From: Candidatus Firestoneibacteriota bacterium
GTDB lineage: Bacteria > Oederibacteriota > D2-FULL-39-29
DNA: 64,000 nt
Assembly (NCBI GenBank): GCA_903928075.1
Contig: CAIYPD010000076.1
Coordinates: 10,292-74,291 of the forward strand
Direction: 5' to 3'
Numbering within the stretch: position 1 is the first letter of the stretch; every line of letters starts with the position of its first letter. Below are positions 47,768 to 57,453 of the stretch, piece by piece. The position numbers and the translations under genes are program-made. The notes under the pieces are model-generated. The model was not told the DNA's origin. It searched no databases and worked only from the letters and a program-made list of their open reading frames with translations.

Positions 47768-47808
47768 CCTTTTAAAGACCATTACAGACCTTTAATGACT
47801 TTTACGGA
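47768..47808 (-). repeat. tandem decamer array x4 (CTTTACAGAC family)
   Basis: CTTTTAAAGAC CATTACAGAC CTTTAATGAC TTTTACGGAC. Confidence 0.75.
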
Positions 47809-47818
47809 CTTTTTTTAC

Positions 47819-48376
47819 TTAGAACTTTACCTTAACGGATTCTCTGTCTGCTTCGCTAATATTAAAGTATTCTTTTGCTTTAAAGTTAAAAAGCATAGCA
47901 ACAAGATTAGTCGGAAACATTTGAAGGGCATTAGAAAAACTCATAACCGTATCGTTATAAAACTGCCTGGCATAGGCAATCTTGCTCTCTATTCCGTCAA
48001 GTTGTTCCTGGAGCAAACGAAATTGCGAATCAGCTTTTAATTGAGGATAGTTCTCAGCCACAGCAAATAAACTCTTAAGCGCCTGGGTAAGGCCATTTTG
48101 AGCTTTTTGCATATCGGCCACCCCGGTTGCACCCATGATGGCGGAACGCGCTTTTGTTACATTTTCAAAAACGCTTTTTTCGTGCGCCGCGTAACCTTTG
48201 ACGGTTTCAACGAGATTAGGTACTAAATCGGCTCTTTTTTTCAGCTGGACATCTACTTGCGCCCAGCTATTCTCACAACGGTTGCGAAGGATCACCAGGC
48301 GGTTATACAAAGAGATTAGGAGAAGCACAATGAATGCTATTATCATTATGAAAAATATCTGAAGCGGTAGACTCAT
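47819..48376 (-). CDS. lemA: LemA family protein
   Basis: N-terminal TM then [43 protein letters not shown], the LemA signature. Confidence 0.85.
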   Translation of the reverse strand: MSLPLQIFFIMIIAFIVLLLISLYNRLVILRNRCENSWAQVDVQLKKRADLVPNLVETVKGYAAHEKSVFENVTKARSAIMGATGVADMQKAQNGLTQALKSLFAVAENYPQLKADSQFRLLQEQLDGIESKIAYARQFYNDTVMSFSNALQMFPTNLVAMLFNFKAKEYFNISEADRESVKVKF

Positions 48377-48379
48377 ATT

Positions 48380-49198
48380 TTAATCCTCCCATCCAAATAA
48401 ATTTACCGTAAAACTTTTTAGCTCTTCTTTAAATATTGCTGCAGCAATTGCCACCAGAGGCATAAATATCACCAAAGTTGCGGCAACTGCACCTACCAGC
48501 CTGTTAAAATCGGTGCCTACCCTAGTGATTATAACACAAAATATTCCGAATAAAAACCCCTTATGAAACTTTCTACCTTTCTCGCCTGCCTCCTCACCTA
48601 AAAGCAGTTCCGGCACCTTGACAAATAAGAACCAGGTTAGAACCGGGAAAAGAGACAAAAAGAGAAACATATTGGAATAAAAAGCTTTCACTATAAGCTT
48701 AAAAGGCCCCACATTCGTGAGCCGATAAAAAATAGAATCCACCGGTTTAATATATGCATTCTTTAAACTAAGCAGAGAAACGCCTCTCGTTGTGGAAATA
48801 TTATTGGCTAGAATAACTGCTGCCGACTCGACTTTTTCTCCGGAAGTGCCCGGAGTAACGCCTAATAACTCATTTTCCAAAACAAAAGAAAAGAAATCTT
48901 TGCTGAGCAAATTTAAGGTATTCTTACCCTGAAATTTATAGATTCTTTTATTATGCTCATCAAGTATTATTAATATATCATTTTCAAGTATTGTACCCGC
49001 CGTTGTTTCCATATATGCTTTTGAAAGCTTAATATTCTTATCTATAATAAACCTGAGGCGTACGCCGGTTTTCGCCTCAAGTTCAGAGGTAATTCTGTTG
49101 ACAGTCTGGAAATTAAGAAAAATGGAAGTCTTACTTTTAGATTCGACGCCGGAAAATAGGAGCAGAGTAACTACGCCAAGCGTAAGCGCTTTCATCAC
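48380..49198 (-). CDS. TPM-domain-like secreted/membrane protein (LemA-associated), hypothetical
   Basis: Signal peptide. C-terminal TM segments. Sits in the conserved lemA-TPM-htpX arrangement. 4-bp overlap with htpX. Confidence 0.45.
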   Translation of the reverse strand: MMKALTLGVVTLLLFSGVESKSKTSIFLNFQTVNRITSELEAKTGVRLRFIIDKNIKLSKAYMETTAGTILENDILIILDEHNKRIYKFQGKNTLNLLSKDFFSFVLENELLGVTPGTSGEKVESAAVILANNISTTRGVSLLSLKNAYIKPVDSIFYRLTNVGPFKLIVKAFYSNMFLFLSLFPVLTWFLFVKVPELLLGEEAGEKGRKFHKGFLFGIFCVIITRVGTDFNRLVGAVAATLVIFMPLVAIAAAIFKEELKSFTVNLFGWED

Positions 49199-50088
49199 AT
49201 AGACCTGAGTATTCTTATTCTTTCTTCTATCGGAGGATGGGTATCAAAGAGACCTCTAAAACCGCCTTTGATATTCGAAAAAGGATTAACAATAAAGAGG
49301 TGGGCCGTAGCCTTATTTGCAACTTCCAATTCTTCTTTGTTTTCTGAGAGTTTTTCTAAAGCATCTGCTAAACCCGGAGGATATCTGGTCAAAAGTGCTC
49401 CGGCGGCGTCAGCCAGATATTCCCGTCTTCGTGAGAGAGCCAAATTTAAAAGCTGCGCTATAAGAGGAGAGATTAGCGCAAGCACAATTGATAAAAGCAG
49501 AAGGACAAGTCCTGCGGAACCGCCCAAACCTCTCCCTTTTCCTCCCAGACGCGACCACCTTACATTCCTGAGCATCCAGTCAGAAAGCAGGGTTATCGTC
49601 CCGACTAAAACCACGGCGATAGTCGAAATCAAAATATCGTAGTTTTTAATATGGGAAAGTTCATGCGCAGTTACGCCTTCCAGTTCTTTTCTGTTAAGCT
49701 TTTCAATAATGCCTGTGGTAAAAACAACAGCAGCGTGAGCAGGGTCCCGCCCAGTAGCAAATGCATTCGGCGCTGTATCCCGGATAATATAAATTTTAGG
49801 GCAGGGAAGTCCTGCGGCCAGGCAAAGCCCCTCTACGGTATTTATCAGGTAAGTATGCTCTAAAGGATCCGCCGGCTCCGCATGAGAAACCGCAAGCACC
49901 AGATCGGCGCTGTAATAATAACTGCCATATACCGTTACTATAGAAATGATAACTGCAAGAAAAATACCGAAAGGTCCCGAGCCTGAGGTTTTTCCAAAAA
50001 CATACCCCAGCCCAAGCACAAAAATAACAAAAAGAGCTATTATAAATACCGCCCGGCGCTTATTTTCCGCTATTGTTTCATATATCAT
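49195..50088 (-). CDS. htpX: M48 family zinc metalloprotease HtpX (start at 50088, ORF track extends to 50136)
   Basis: HELSHIKN (HExxH). N-terminal TM helices. SD AAAGAGG 8 nt before ATGATATATGAA. Confidence 0.85.
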   Translation of the reverse strand: MIYETIAENKRRAVFIIALFVIFVLGLGYVFGKTSGSGPFGIFLAVIISIVTVYGSYYYSADLVLAVSHAEPADPLEHTYLINTVEGLCLAAGLPCPKIYIIRDTAPNAFATGRDPAHAAVVFTTGIIEKLNRKELEGVTAHELSHIKNYDILISTIAVVLVGTITLLSDWMLRNVRWSRLGGKGRGLGGSAGLVLLLLSIVLALISPLIAQLLNLALSRRREYLADAAGALLTRYPPGLADALEKLSENKEELEVANKATAHLFIVNPFSNIKGGFRGLFDTHPPIEERIRILRSM

Positions 50089-50336
50089 TATTTTCGCCTC
50101 TTTAACCGGAGTTACAAGGCCGACTAAACTTAACAAGTTGATTATATAGCCTACAAGCTAAAAGTCAAGAAGAGAAGCGCCCTAATAAGACGGTTATAAG
50201 GTTGGATGTTTGGAGGCTTGGCGAGAGCAAAAAACAGAAAAAAGTTTGTTGCATACACTTTTTTGTGATCATAAAGCATTCGGCAGTATTTTGTCCTCTG
50301 ACTGCTGTCCATTTTTCCAAACAACCAAACCCCTGT

Positions 50337-51608
50337 CTATTTTTTCACAATTTTCATCACTGTATCGGCCCATTCGGTAAGTCTTTTTGGTTCGTAGTTT
50401 ACCGTGCTCAAGTCCTTAAGGATGAATTCTACCGGGGTGCCGTTCTTTTTACAGTCAGTTATCACATCTTTTGTATCTTTTATTATGGCATCAAGTTCAA
50501 AGTTACCCCTGGAGAAAAACGCTGGGCTGGATTTCCTGGAAATCACATAATCCTTGCCAATCTGTTCCGTAGCATTTTTTACATCAGCCCAGGGACTTAT
50601 AGAGATTTTTCTCACATTGGGAAGTTTCCTGATAACCCCGATTTTTTTATCCAGCGGTTCACAGCAGCCGTAATACACGAGGCCAAACCTCTCATACCAT
50701 TTCTTGGCGTATTCTATCTCAAATTCGTCGTGCATAGCAGGCGAAGCCGTGGAAAATATCTGCGCCATCCCGAAGGTCCAGGTATCTTTTGCCCTGGGTT
50801 TTGCCGGGTCAAAGCCGGTCCCGATAAACTTTTCAAGGAAGGACGGCAGTTCGTTGGTATGGGCACCAGAGCAATGGATGGTTCGGAACCCGTAACCCAG
50901 CAAACCCTGCGTTTCCAACTGGTCCAGCCCTGCAAGGTACGCTTCCGAGAATCTGGAAATTATCTTGTGCATGAATTCCGGCCTTAGCGCCATGTCAAGA
51001 AGCAGCTCCCCCGCCCCGCGAAGCATTACTATAACATCCCATACCGGAAAGCCGTACATTATCCCTTCTTTTTTTACTTCAATTACCCCGGTAAAGATTT
51101 CCTGCATTGTTTCAAAATCTTTCTCGGTTTTCTCCTTGTTCAGCCTGATGGCGGGATTTTTTATTTTTTGAATATCTTCTTCTTCCTTAATCTGGTCATT
51201 GTAGAAGTGCCCCACGACATCATTATTAACATCGGTCACGGCCTTTTCTGTTTCCTTAACCTTTATACCAAAATCCCACCCTTCGACAACCGGGGAGGAA
51301 CGCAGAACCGGCTCTATTACCATATCTGTCCTGAAATGCTTCCACTTATAAAGTTCGCGCCTTAACTTTGTTTCTATATTCCGGCAGAAGGGGTCAGAGG
51401 TCTTTAATGTTAACTCCCCTTCAGCGTTCAATTCATGCCACGGCAGTTGATCTATCATGACCATCGGCCGCACCGGCTTTAAACTGTTTATGGCTTTCCA
51501 AAGGGTAATCGTCTCCTTTTGTACGGGAAGTTCTGCTATTTCTCTATACTTTTTACCCAGCTCCCTGAGTATCCCCTTGTCTTGCGCGCTTATTGAAATC
51601 ATTTCCAT
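50337..51608 (-). CDS. paralog family 'c' protein (copy 2 of 3)
   Basis: ELPVQKETITLWKAINSLKPVRPMVMIDQLPWHELN ... YGCCEPLDKKIGVIRKLPNVRKISISPWAD ... PVEFILKDLSTV. SD AAAAAGGAGA. Confidence 0.6.
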   Translation of the reverse strand: MEMISISAQDKGILRELGKKYREIAELPVQKETITLWKAINSLKPVRPMVMIDQLPWHELNAEGELTLKTSDPFCRNIETKLRRELYKWKHFRTDMVIEPVLRSSPVVEGWDFGIKVKETEKAVTDVNNDVVGHFYNDQIKEEEDIQKIKNPAIRLNKEKTEKDFETMQEIFTGVIEVKKEGIMYGFPVWDVIVMLRGAGELLLDMALRPEFMHKIISRFSEAYLAGLDQLETQGLLGYGFRTIHCSGAHTNELPSFLEKFIGTGFDPAKPRAKDTWTFGMAQIFSTASPAMHDEFEIEYAKKWYERFGLVYYGCCEPLDKKIGVIRKLPNVRKISISPWADVKNATEQIGKDYVISRKSSPAFFSRGNFELDAIIKDTKDVITDCKKNGTPVEFILKDLSTVNYEPKRLTEWADTVMKIVKK

Positions 51609-51695
51609 TAGATACGGTCTCCTTTTTAAGTCAATAACAGATTACTATCTGTAATACTTCTCAACCGTCTTTTATCAGTTATCATCCATATTTTA

Positions 51696-52732
51696 TTATT
51701 TATTATAGGTTCCAAACTCCCTTATAGTCTCGCACATCGCAAGAACATTTTCTATGGGGGTCGCCTCCAGAACAGTATCATGACTGGCCCCCGCCACATA
51801 CCCGCCGCCCGGCATCATTATTTTCAGTATTTCTTTTGTCCTCTCCCTTACTACCTCAGGGGTGCTTTCCATCAGTATATGGTGGGAATCTATACCGCCG
51901 TTGAAGACTATTTTTTTCCCGTAATTATTTTTCAGTTCAACAAGGTTCATCCCGACACAGGTCGTCTGTACGGCATGTAAAGCATCCAGGCCGACACTAA
52001 TCAAATCTGGAATCAAAGGCTCAATACCTCCACAGCAATGAAGCTGGACTTTAAGTTTATAGGCGTGTCCTAGATCTATAAGTTTCTTAAAGTGAGGAAG
52101 CAAAAATCGCCGGAATTGTTCCGGGCTTAAAAGCGGGCCGTTCTGACTCCCCAAGTCGTTCCCCATGAAAAAAATATCAATATATTTTCCGGCCGTATCA
52201 AATGTTTTTTTATTTACTTCAAAATAGAAAGAGGAAAGATGTTCGAACACCGCGTCCACAATCTCAGGTTCGTCGTACATCTTTAGGCAGAGGTTTTCCA
52301 TTCCAAAAAGATCAATGGCTTCATGCCAGAACGGAGACCAGAACCCGCCCATAATCGCATATTTCCCTTTGTGTTTTTCCGCCTGCGCTTTTATCCCCGA
52401 GGCGTCAAACCATTTCGGATCCGGCCAGGCATAAGCATGCACCTCTTTTAATGTTGCATTTGCGAGCGGATGATTAAGCGGTTGACCGCAGCCCACTCCC
52501 GCGCGTTTGATTCCGAGCCTATTAACGCCGTCTTTTAAGTCCGGGCCAATATCAGAAGCATGAACGGCCCTGAAATCATCTTCAAGCATCTGCTTTAGTC
52601 CTTCATCATCAAGGGAGAGCTTCTTTTGCATCCCTTCCCACATCTCGCGGGAAGCCCCAAACCAAAGCGGTACCCGATCCGGCTCCTCATGCGCAAAAGC
52701 AGTTAATACCCGTTCCCTCGAAGTCATCACCA
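51696..52732 (-). CDS. URO-D family protein, subfamily b (start at 52732, ORF track extends to 52805)
   Basis: MTSRERVLTAFAHEEPDRVP. LHCCGG. MMPGGGYVAGASHD. SD GGAGGAAATATTATG. Confidence 0.8.
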
Positions 52733-52915
52733 TAATATTTCCTCCAAAATAGATAGATAACAAGCTAACAAGACGACAAGATAACAAAGTTAAAGCAAAT
52801 AGCAAATTACTGAATTTCTTTATTGTTTTTGTACTCTTATTTTCTTGTATTCTTTTATATTTTATTTTATTTATTAGCCAATTAGAAATTAGTAATCAGA
52901 AATTCGAGACGGCGT

Positions 52916-54217
52916 TTATTGAACGCCGTCGACCCACACATGTCCCGCCCCGAGCCTCTGGCTTGGCTTAGACTCACATTCCAGAGCAATGACCGTCATA
53001 TCCTTATCCGGCGGGTTCACAGGCAGGTCGTAAAGATGGAGCCGTTCCGTCGGCTTGAAGGTCTGTTTAAACTTAACCTTTTCGCCGGTACTGACTATCC
53101 GGGCACTGCGTACCTTCATCTGCAGACCGCCTAACCAGAGTTCTTTACCGTACCAGCGGGTAATATGCCAGTACATAGTATTCCCCTTGGCGGTTGCCGA
53201 GGTCCCGTGCGGATTGAAGTTCATCCATTCGGTATTAACTCTCTCGGTTCCGTAAATAGATTCTCCGTTATTGTTGCGTTTAAGCCAGTCTCCCATTCCG
53301 CGAAGACTGGAAATTGCTTCTTCTTCAATAGAGCCGTCGCCGCGAGGGCCGACATTTAATATAAAATTACCTCCGTTTCCGGCGCAGGAGACAAGTTTTC
53401 CCAGAAGATTAGGAACGCTCTTCCATTCCTTGTCGGCCTTATTCCAGCCCCAGGAGCCGTTCAAGGTATCACAACTTTCCCAGTCCCGGTAATCCGCGCT
53501 TGCCCTGGTTGAGTTTTCGGGTGTGTCAAAATCCTCCGGCATCAAAGAACCCTCTACACCCCAGCCCGACCTGTTATTTATAAGTATCTGCGGTTGAAGC
53601 GACCTGACCATATAATTTAATTTTGTTGAGTCCCAGCCATTGGGTTTAAGCGGCCACGGTACATCGTAAAAGAGATAGTCTATCTTTCCATAATTCGTCA
53701 TAATTTCACGGACCAGGCCGTGAGTGTAATCAACGAATCTTTTGCGGGCTTTTAAGTCATGCAGGCAGTTGGCGCCGTCAGGATGATGCCAATCCATCAA
53801 ACTATAATAAAGCCCGACATGCAGGCCTTCGGCGCGGACCGCCTCGACAAACTCGGCCACAATGTCCCGGCGCGCCGGAGAATTTACGGAAGTATATTTT
53901 GTAAGTTTGGAATCAAAAAGACAAAAACCTTCATGGTGCTTGGTGGTTAGGGCAACATATTTCTGGCCCGACTCTTTTGCCAGTCTGGCCCAGGCTTTGG
54001 GGTCAAATTTTTCGGCTGTGAATTTTTTAGCCAGTGCTTCATACTCTTTAACAGGAATCCGCTCCCGGTTCATCACCCACTCATGCCGGCCAAGAATACT
54101 ATAAAGGCCCCAGTGGATAAACATACCGAACTTGGCCTCTCTAAACCAGGCCATCCTCTCACTCAGTGAAGGGATTCCGCCTTTTGAAAGCTGAACCTGC
54201 TTACTCGTTTTTTTCAT
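52916..54217 (-). CDS. alpha-L-fucosidase (GH29), no signal peptide
   Basis: WFREAKFGMFIHWGLYSI ... YVALTTKHHEGFCLFDS ... YYSLMDWHHPD, the GH29 hallmarks. SD AAGGAGAGAG. Confidence 0.9.
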   Translation of the reverse strand: MKKTSKQVQLSKGGIPSLSERMAWFREAKFGMFIHWGLYSILGRHEWVMNRERIPVKEYEALAKKFTAEKFDPKAWARLAKESGQKYVALTTKHHEGFCLFDSKLTKYTSVNSPARRDIVAEFVEAVRAEGLHVGLYYSLMDWHHPDGANCLHDLKARKRFVDYTHGLVREIMTNYGKIDYLFYDVPWPLKPNGWDSTKLNYMVRSLQPQILINNRSGWGVEGSLMPEDFDTPENSTRASADYRDWESCDTLNGSWGWNKADKEWKSVPNLLGKLVSCAGNGGNFILNVGPRGDGSIEEEAISSLRGMGDWLKRNNNGESIYGTERVNTEWMNFNPHGTSATAKGNTMYWHITRWYGKELWLGGLQMKVRSARIVSTGEKVKFKQTFKPTERLHLYDLPVNPPDKDMTVIALECESKPSQRLGAGHVWVDGVQ

Positions 54218-54262
54218 TGCTCTCTCCTTTTTTTATATTTCATCATCTATTATCTATTGCTC

Positions 54263-55291
54263 TTATGGCGGAGTTATCTTTCCGTCTAAATCCCACAGGT
54301 CTTCCCAGGTTTGCCCCTCTTTCCAAAGAAAAACCTGACCTTTTATCAGTCGGCAATTTTTATCTATATCCGCTATTTCTTTCATCTCCTCATTAGTAAG
54401 CGGAGCGGAAAGCACTGCTTTTAGATTACTCAAATATTTAGAACGGTTCACGGAAAAAGGTATCACGACCTCCCCCCGCTGAACACCCCATTTAACACAA
54501 ACCACCGCAGGATGGACTTTAAGCCTTTCTGCAATTTTCACAATGACGGGGTCTTCAATATCTACTGTGTCCGCAGGGGTTTTATCCCGTTCGGGACGCT
54601 TGGGCGAGCCGATAGGACTGTAACCTATAGGAATTATCCCCGCTTTCACAACAAAATCATAAAGCTCCGCCTGCTGTAAATGAGGATGTAATTCCATTTC
54701 CCCGCAGGACGGTTTTATCTTAGCATCTCGAAGTAGAAGTTTCAGTTTCGGAATGGTCATATTAGATGTTCCGATATTTTTTACCAATCCCCGCTCTACC
54801 AGTTTTTCGAGCTGCCTCCAGGTCTTCATATAGTTTTCATGGATGTAAGCTTTTGCATTTTTATCGCGCGAGGAAACGCTTACGCCTTTAGCATGGCTGT
54901 TGGGGAAAGGCCAGTGTATAAGATAAAGATCAAGATAGTCCAGCTGCAAATCTTTAAGCGACTTCTCACAAGAAGGCCCTACATCTTTTTCGGCGTGTTT
55001 ATCATTCCATAACTTTGAAGTGATCCACAACTCTTCGCGCTTGACCCCGCTCTTTATCGCCTCTCTCAAGACCGGGCCTATTAAATGTTCATTGCCGTAA
55101 ATAGACGCACAGTCAATATGTCGGTACCCCAGGGCTATTGCATCTTTTACCGCGGCCGCGACCTCTTCTCCCGGGTAACAATCTGACCCAAAAGTTCCCA
55201 GCCCTACTACCGGTATTTTTGCGCCTGTACGCAGCGTCTTACTTGGAACCTGTTTTGGGTCAACTGCTTCTTTACTCAAATTTAAACTCAC
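54263..55291 (-). CDS. aldo/keto reductase
   Basis: IPVVGLGTFG ... GYRHIDCASIYGNE ... AKR catalytic tetrad context. 342 aa. Confidence 0.85.
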   Translation of the reverse strand: MSLNLSKEAVDPKQVPSKTLRTGAKIPVVGLGTFGSDCYPGEEVAAAVKDAIALGYRHIDCASIYGNEHLIGPVLREAIKSGVKREELWITSKLWNDKHAEKDVGPSCEKSLKDLQLDYLDLYLIHWPFPNSHAKGVSVSSRDKNAKAYIHENYMKTWRQLEKLVERGLVKNIGTSNMTIPKLKLLLRDAKIKPSCGEMELHPHLQQAELYDFVVKAGIIPIGYSPIGSPKRPERDKTPADTVDIEDPVIVKIAERLKVHPAVVCVKWGVQRGEVVIPFSVNRSKYLSNLKAVLSAPLTNEEMKEIADIDKNCRLIKGQVFLWKEGQTWEDLWDLDGKITPP

Positions 55292-55303
55292 TAATTCCTC
55301 CTC

Positions 55304-56365
55304 CTACTTTACTTCTTCGTCAAAAACTATAGCGACCTTACCGCATTTTCCTTCCGCCATTAATTTATAAGCCTCATCGGCCTTATCCAGAGTAAACCTG
55401 TGGGTGACAAGGTCTTCGGGATGGAGTTTCCACCTGACCAACCGCTCCACAAGTTCTTCCATAAGCCAGATGCTGGTGACCCAGGAACCATAAATTGTCT
55501 TTTGCTCATGAATTATATCCGGGCTGGGATTAAATTCCACGGTTCCGCCTTCTCCGACCAGCGCGATTTTTCCCCACTTACAGGTTGCCCGTATCGCCAG
55601 CTGCCGGCCAAGGGTGTGCCCGGAACAATCTATCGCACGCTCAACACCTTTGCCCTTTGTGAGTTCCAAAATTTGTTTCAAAGTATCCGGCCCGGAAACA
55701 AGCACATGTTCGGCAAGGTTTCTATCTTTAGCAAGTTTGCAGCGTTCAGCTGTAACATCAACGCCTATAAGCATATTCGCCCCCAGGGCTTTTGCAAGCA
55801 TCAAGGTAGCAAGCCCGACCGGACCTAAACCCACAACAAGCACGGCATCATTTCCGCAAATACCTATCTTCTGCAGGCCTTCATAAACAGTTCCGAAGCC
55901 GCAGGCTACCTGCGCTCCGTCCGTGTAAGTAAGTTCGTCCGGTAAAAGTACACAGTCTTTTTCCTCCGCAAGAATATAAGGCGCCATCCCGCCGTCTCTC
56001 TGCCAGCCGTAGGCGGCGCGATGAGGACTGGTACAACTGATCATATAACCTCTGCGGCAGTCGTTGCAGACCCCGCACCCGGAAATATGGTAAAGCACCA
56101 CCCGGTCATTATTTTTGAATCTTCTCAGCCCGGGCCCGCATTTTATAATCTGGCCTGCAGGCTCGTGGCCGGCGATTTTATTCTGATAACCCTCGGGACC
56201 TTTCCCCAGGTGTTCGCGATAGATAGCGCGAATATCACTGCCGCAGATGGTTGAGGATTTCGTTTTTATCAAAACCTCGCCATACCCCGGCTCGGGAACC
56301 TCTACCTCTTTCAGTACCACCGTACTGTTACCCGGCAAATATGCTGCGGTCATAGTATTTTTCAT
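55304..56365 (-). CDS. zinc-dependent medium-chain alcohol/polyol dehydrogenase
   Basis: [14 protein letters not shown]. Structural-zinc [15 protein letters not shown]. Rossmann VGLGPVGL. Confidence 0.85.
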   Translation of the reverse strand: MKNTMTAAYLPGNSTVVLKEVEVPEPGYGEVLIKTKSSTICGSDIRAIYREHLGKGPEGYQNKIAGHEPAGQIIKCGPGLRRFKNNDRVVLYHISGCGVCNDCRRGYMISCTSPHRAAYGWQRDGGMAPYILAEEKDCVLLPDELTYTDGAQVACGFGTVYEGLQKIGICGNDAVLVVGLGPVGLATLMLAKALGANMLIGVDVTAERCKLAKDRNLAEHVLVSGPDTLKQILELTKGKGVERAIDCSGHTLGRQLAIRATCKWGKIALVGEGGTVEFNPSPDIIHEQKTIYGSWVTSIWLMEELVERLVRWKLHPEDLVTHRFTLDKADEAYKLMAEGKCGKVAIVFDEEVK

Positions 56366-56448
56366 ATAAGAACCATCCTTTAGTTAGAGCGATTTTCTTT
56401 TGCCGTACTTCCATTCATCCGACCTTCCGCCCCTCTGTCCTTGCTCCT

Positions 56449-57453
56449 CTATCTTGGCGTCTCGCAAAATGCTTTCAAGACTTCATCTTTCGTTTCCGCC
56501 GGAATCTCGCAGCCGGCGCTTAACATATACTTCGTCCCTTCAGCTATTTTCATGCACGCCCGCGCCTTCTCTGTGCAGTCAGTTACCGAGGCATTCATAA
56601 TGTCTGCAACCGGGTTAAGATTTCCTTTATAACATTTATTTTGCGAACCATAAACCTCTTTTGCTTTTAGCAAAGGCACCATGTGGTCCACATTAAAAAG
56701 ATCTGCCCCGGAATCAACCATATCGGGAAGTAAAGCCGTAGTGTTCCCGCAGATATGCAGTTTCACCGGACAATTTGCGTTGTGAATGGCCGTCGTTACC
56801 TCTTTTTCATAGGGCAGGGCAAACTCCCGGTACATAGAAGGTGAAATCAAAGAAGCCGCGGCATCCCCGCACCCGATCATATCGGCCCCGGCTTCAACCT
56901 GCGCAAGCGAAAAATCAATTACTACTTTAGTCAGGAACGAGAGAAGCCGGTGCGCCAACGCCGGCTCATCATTTATCATAATCATAAAGTTAGTTATACC
57001 GCAGATTGAACAGGCTTCTGTAAAAGGCATATCCACCCAACCGAGAACCGCTACTTCGCCCCCGGCCCCCTTAACCATTTCTTCTACGGCAAGCACCCTG
57101 TCTGCCATTCTCCCTTTTTTTCCCTTAGGGTCGGGCCTGCCTAATTTATTCAAATCAGCCGCGGAAGAAATTATAGGTTCTACGGCAAAAGGCGGTTTTT
57201 CTTCGGGATAAGCCATCTTTGCCCCTAAGTCCGCTGAAACCCTGAACGCATCAGAACAGGAGGTAATGGCGTCAAGTTCAAATCTTTTTTGAATGAAAAG
57301 CTGCGCGGCGGCCATAGACCTGCCGTTAGTTGCAAATTCTTTATAGGTAATCCCGAAACGGGCCGCAGGTAAAAACATCAGGAGGGGAAACACGGGAATT
57401 CTGTCCGTCTTTTCCCCTCTAACACAGGCCAGAAACCGTTCGCGGCTCTTCAT
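56449..57453 (-). CDS. MtaA/CmuA-like methyltransferase (URO-D family, subfamily a)
   Basis: 334 aa. MKSRERFLACVRGEKTDRIPV. LHICGN. AGCEIP C-terminus, close to MT2-type methylcobamide:CoM methyltransferases. ATGA overlap with the upstream family-c gene. Confidence 0.8.
   Translation of the reverse strand: MKSRERFLACVRGEKTDRIPVFPLLMFLPAARFGITYKEFATNGRSMAAAQLFIQKRFELDAITSCSDAFRVSADLGAKMAYPEEKPPFAVEPIISSAADLNKLGRPDPKGKKGRMADRVLAVEEMVKGAGGEVAVLGWVDMPFTEACSICGITNFMIMINDEPALAHRLLSFLTKVVIDFSLAQVEAGADMIGCGDAAASLISPSMYREFALPYEKEVTTAIHNANCPVKLHICGNTTALLPDMVDSGADLFNVDHMVPLLKAKEVYGSQNKCYKGNLNPVADIMNASVTDCTEKARACMKIAEGTKYMLSAGCEIPAETKDEVLKAFCETPR

Noticed and set aside
50202-50987. 261-aa plus-strand ORF
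   Set aside because: Entirely antisense to the well-supported family-c gene 50337-51608. Cys/Phe-rich translation typical of a shadow ORF.
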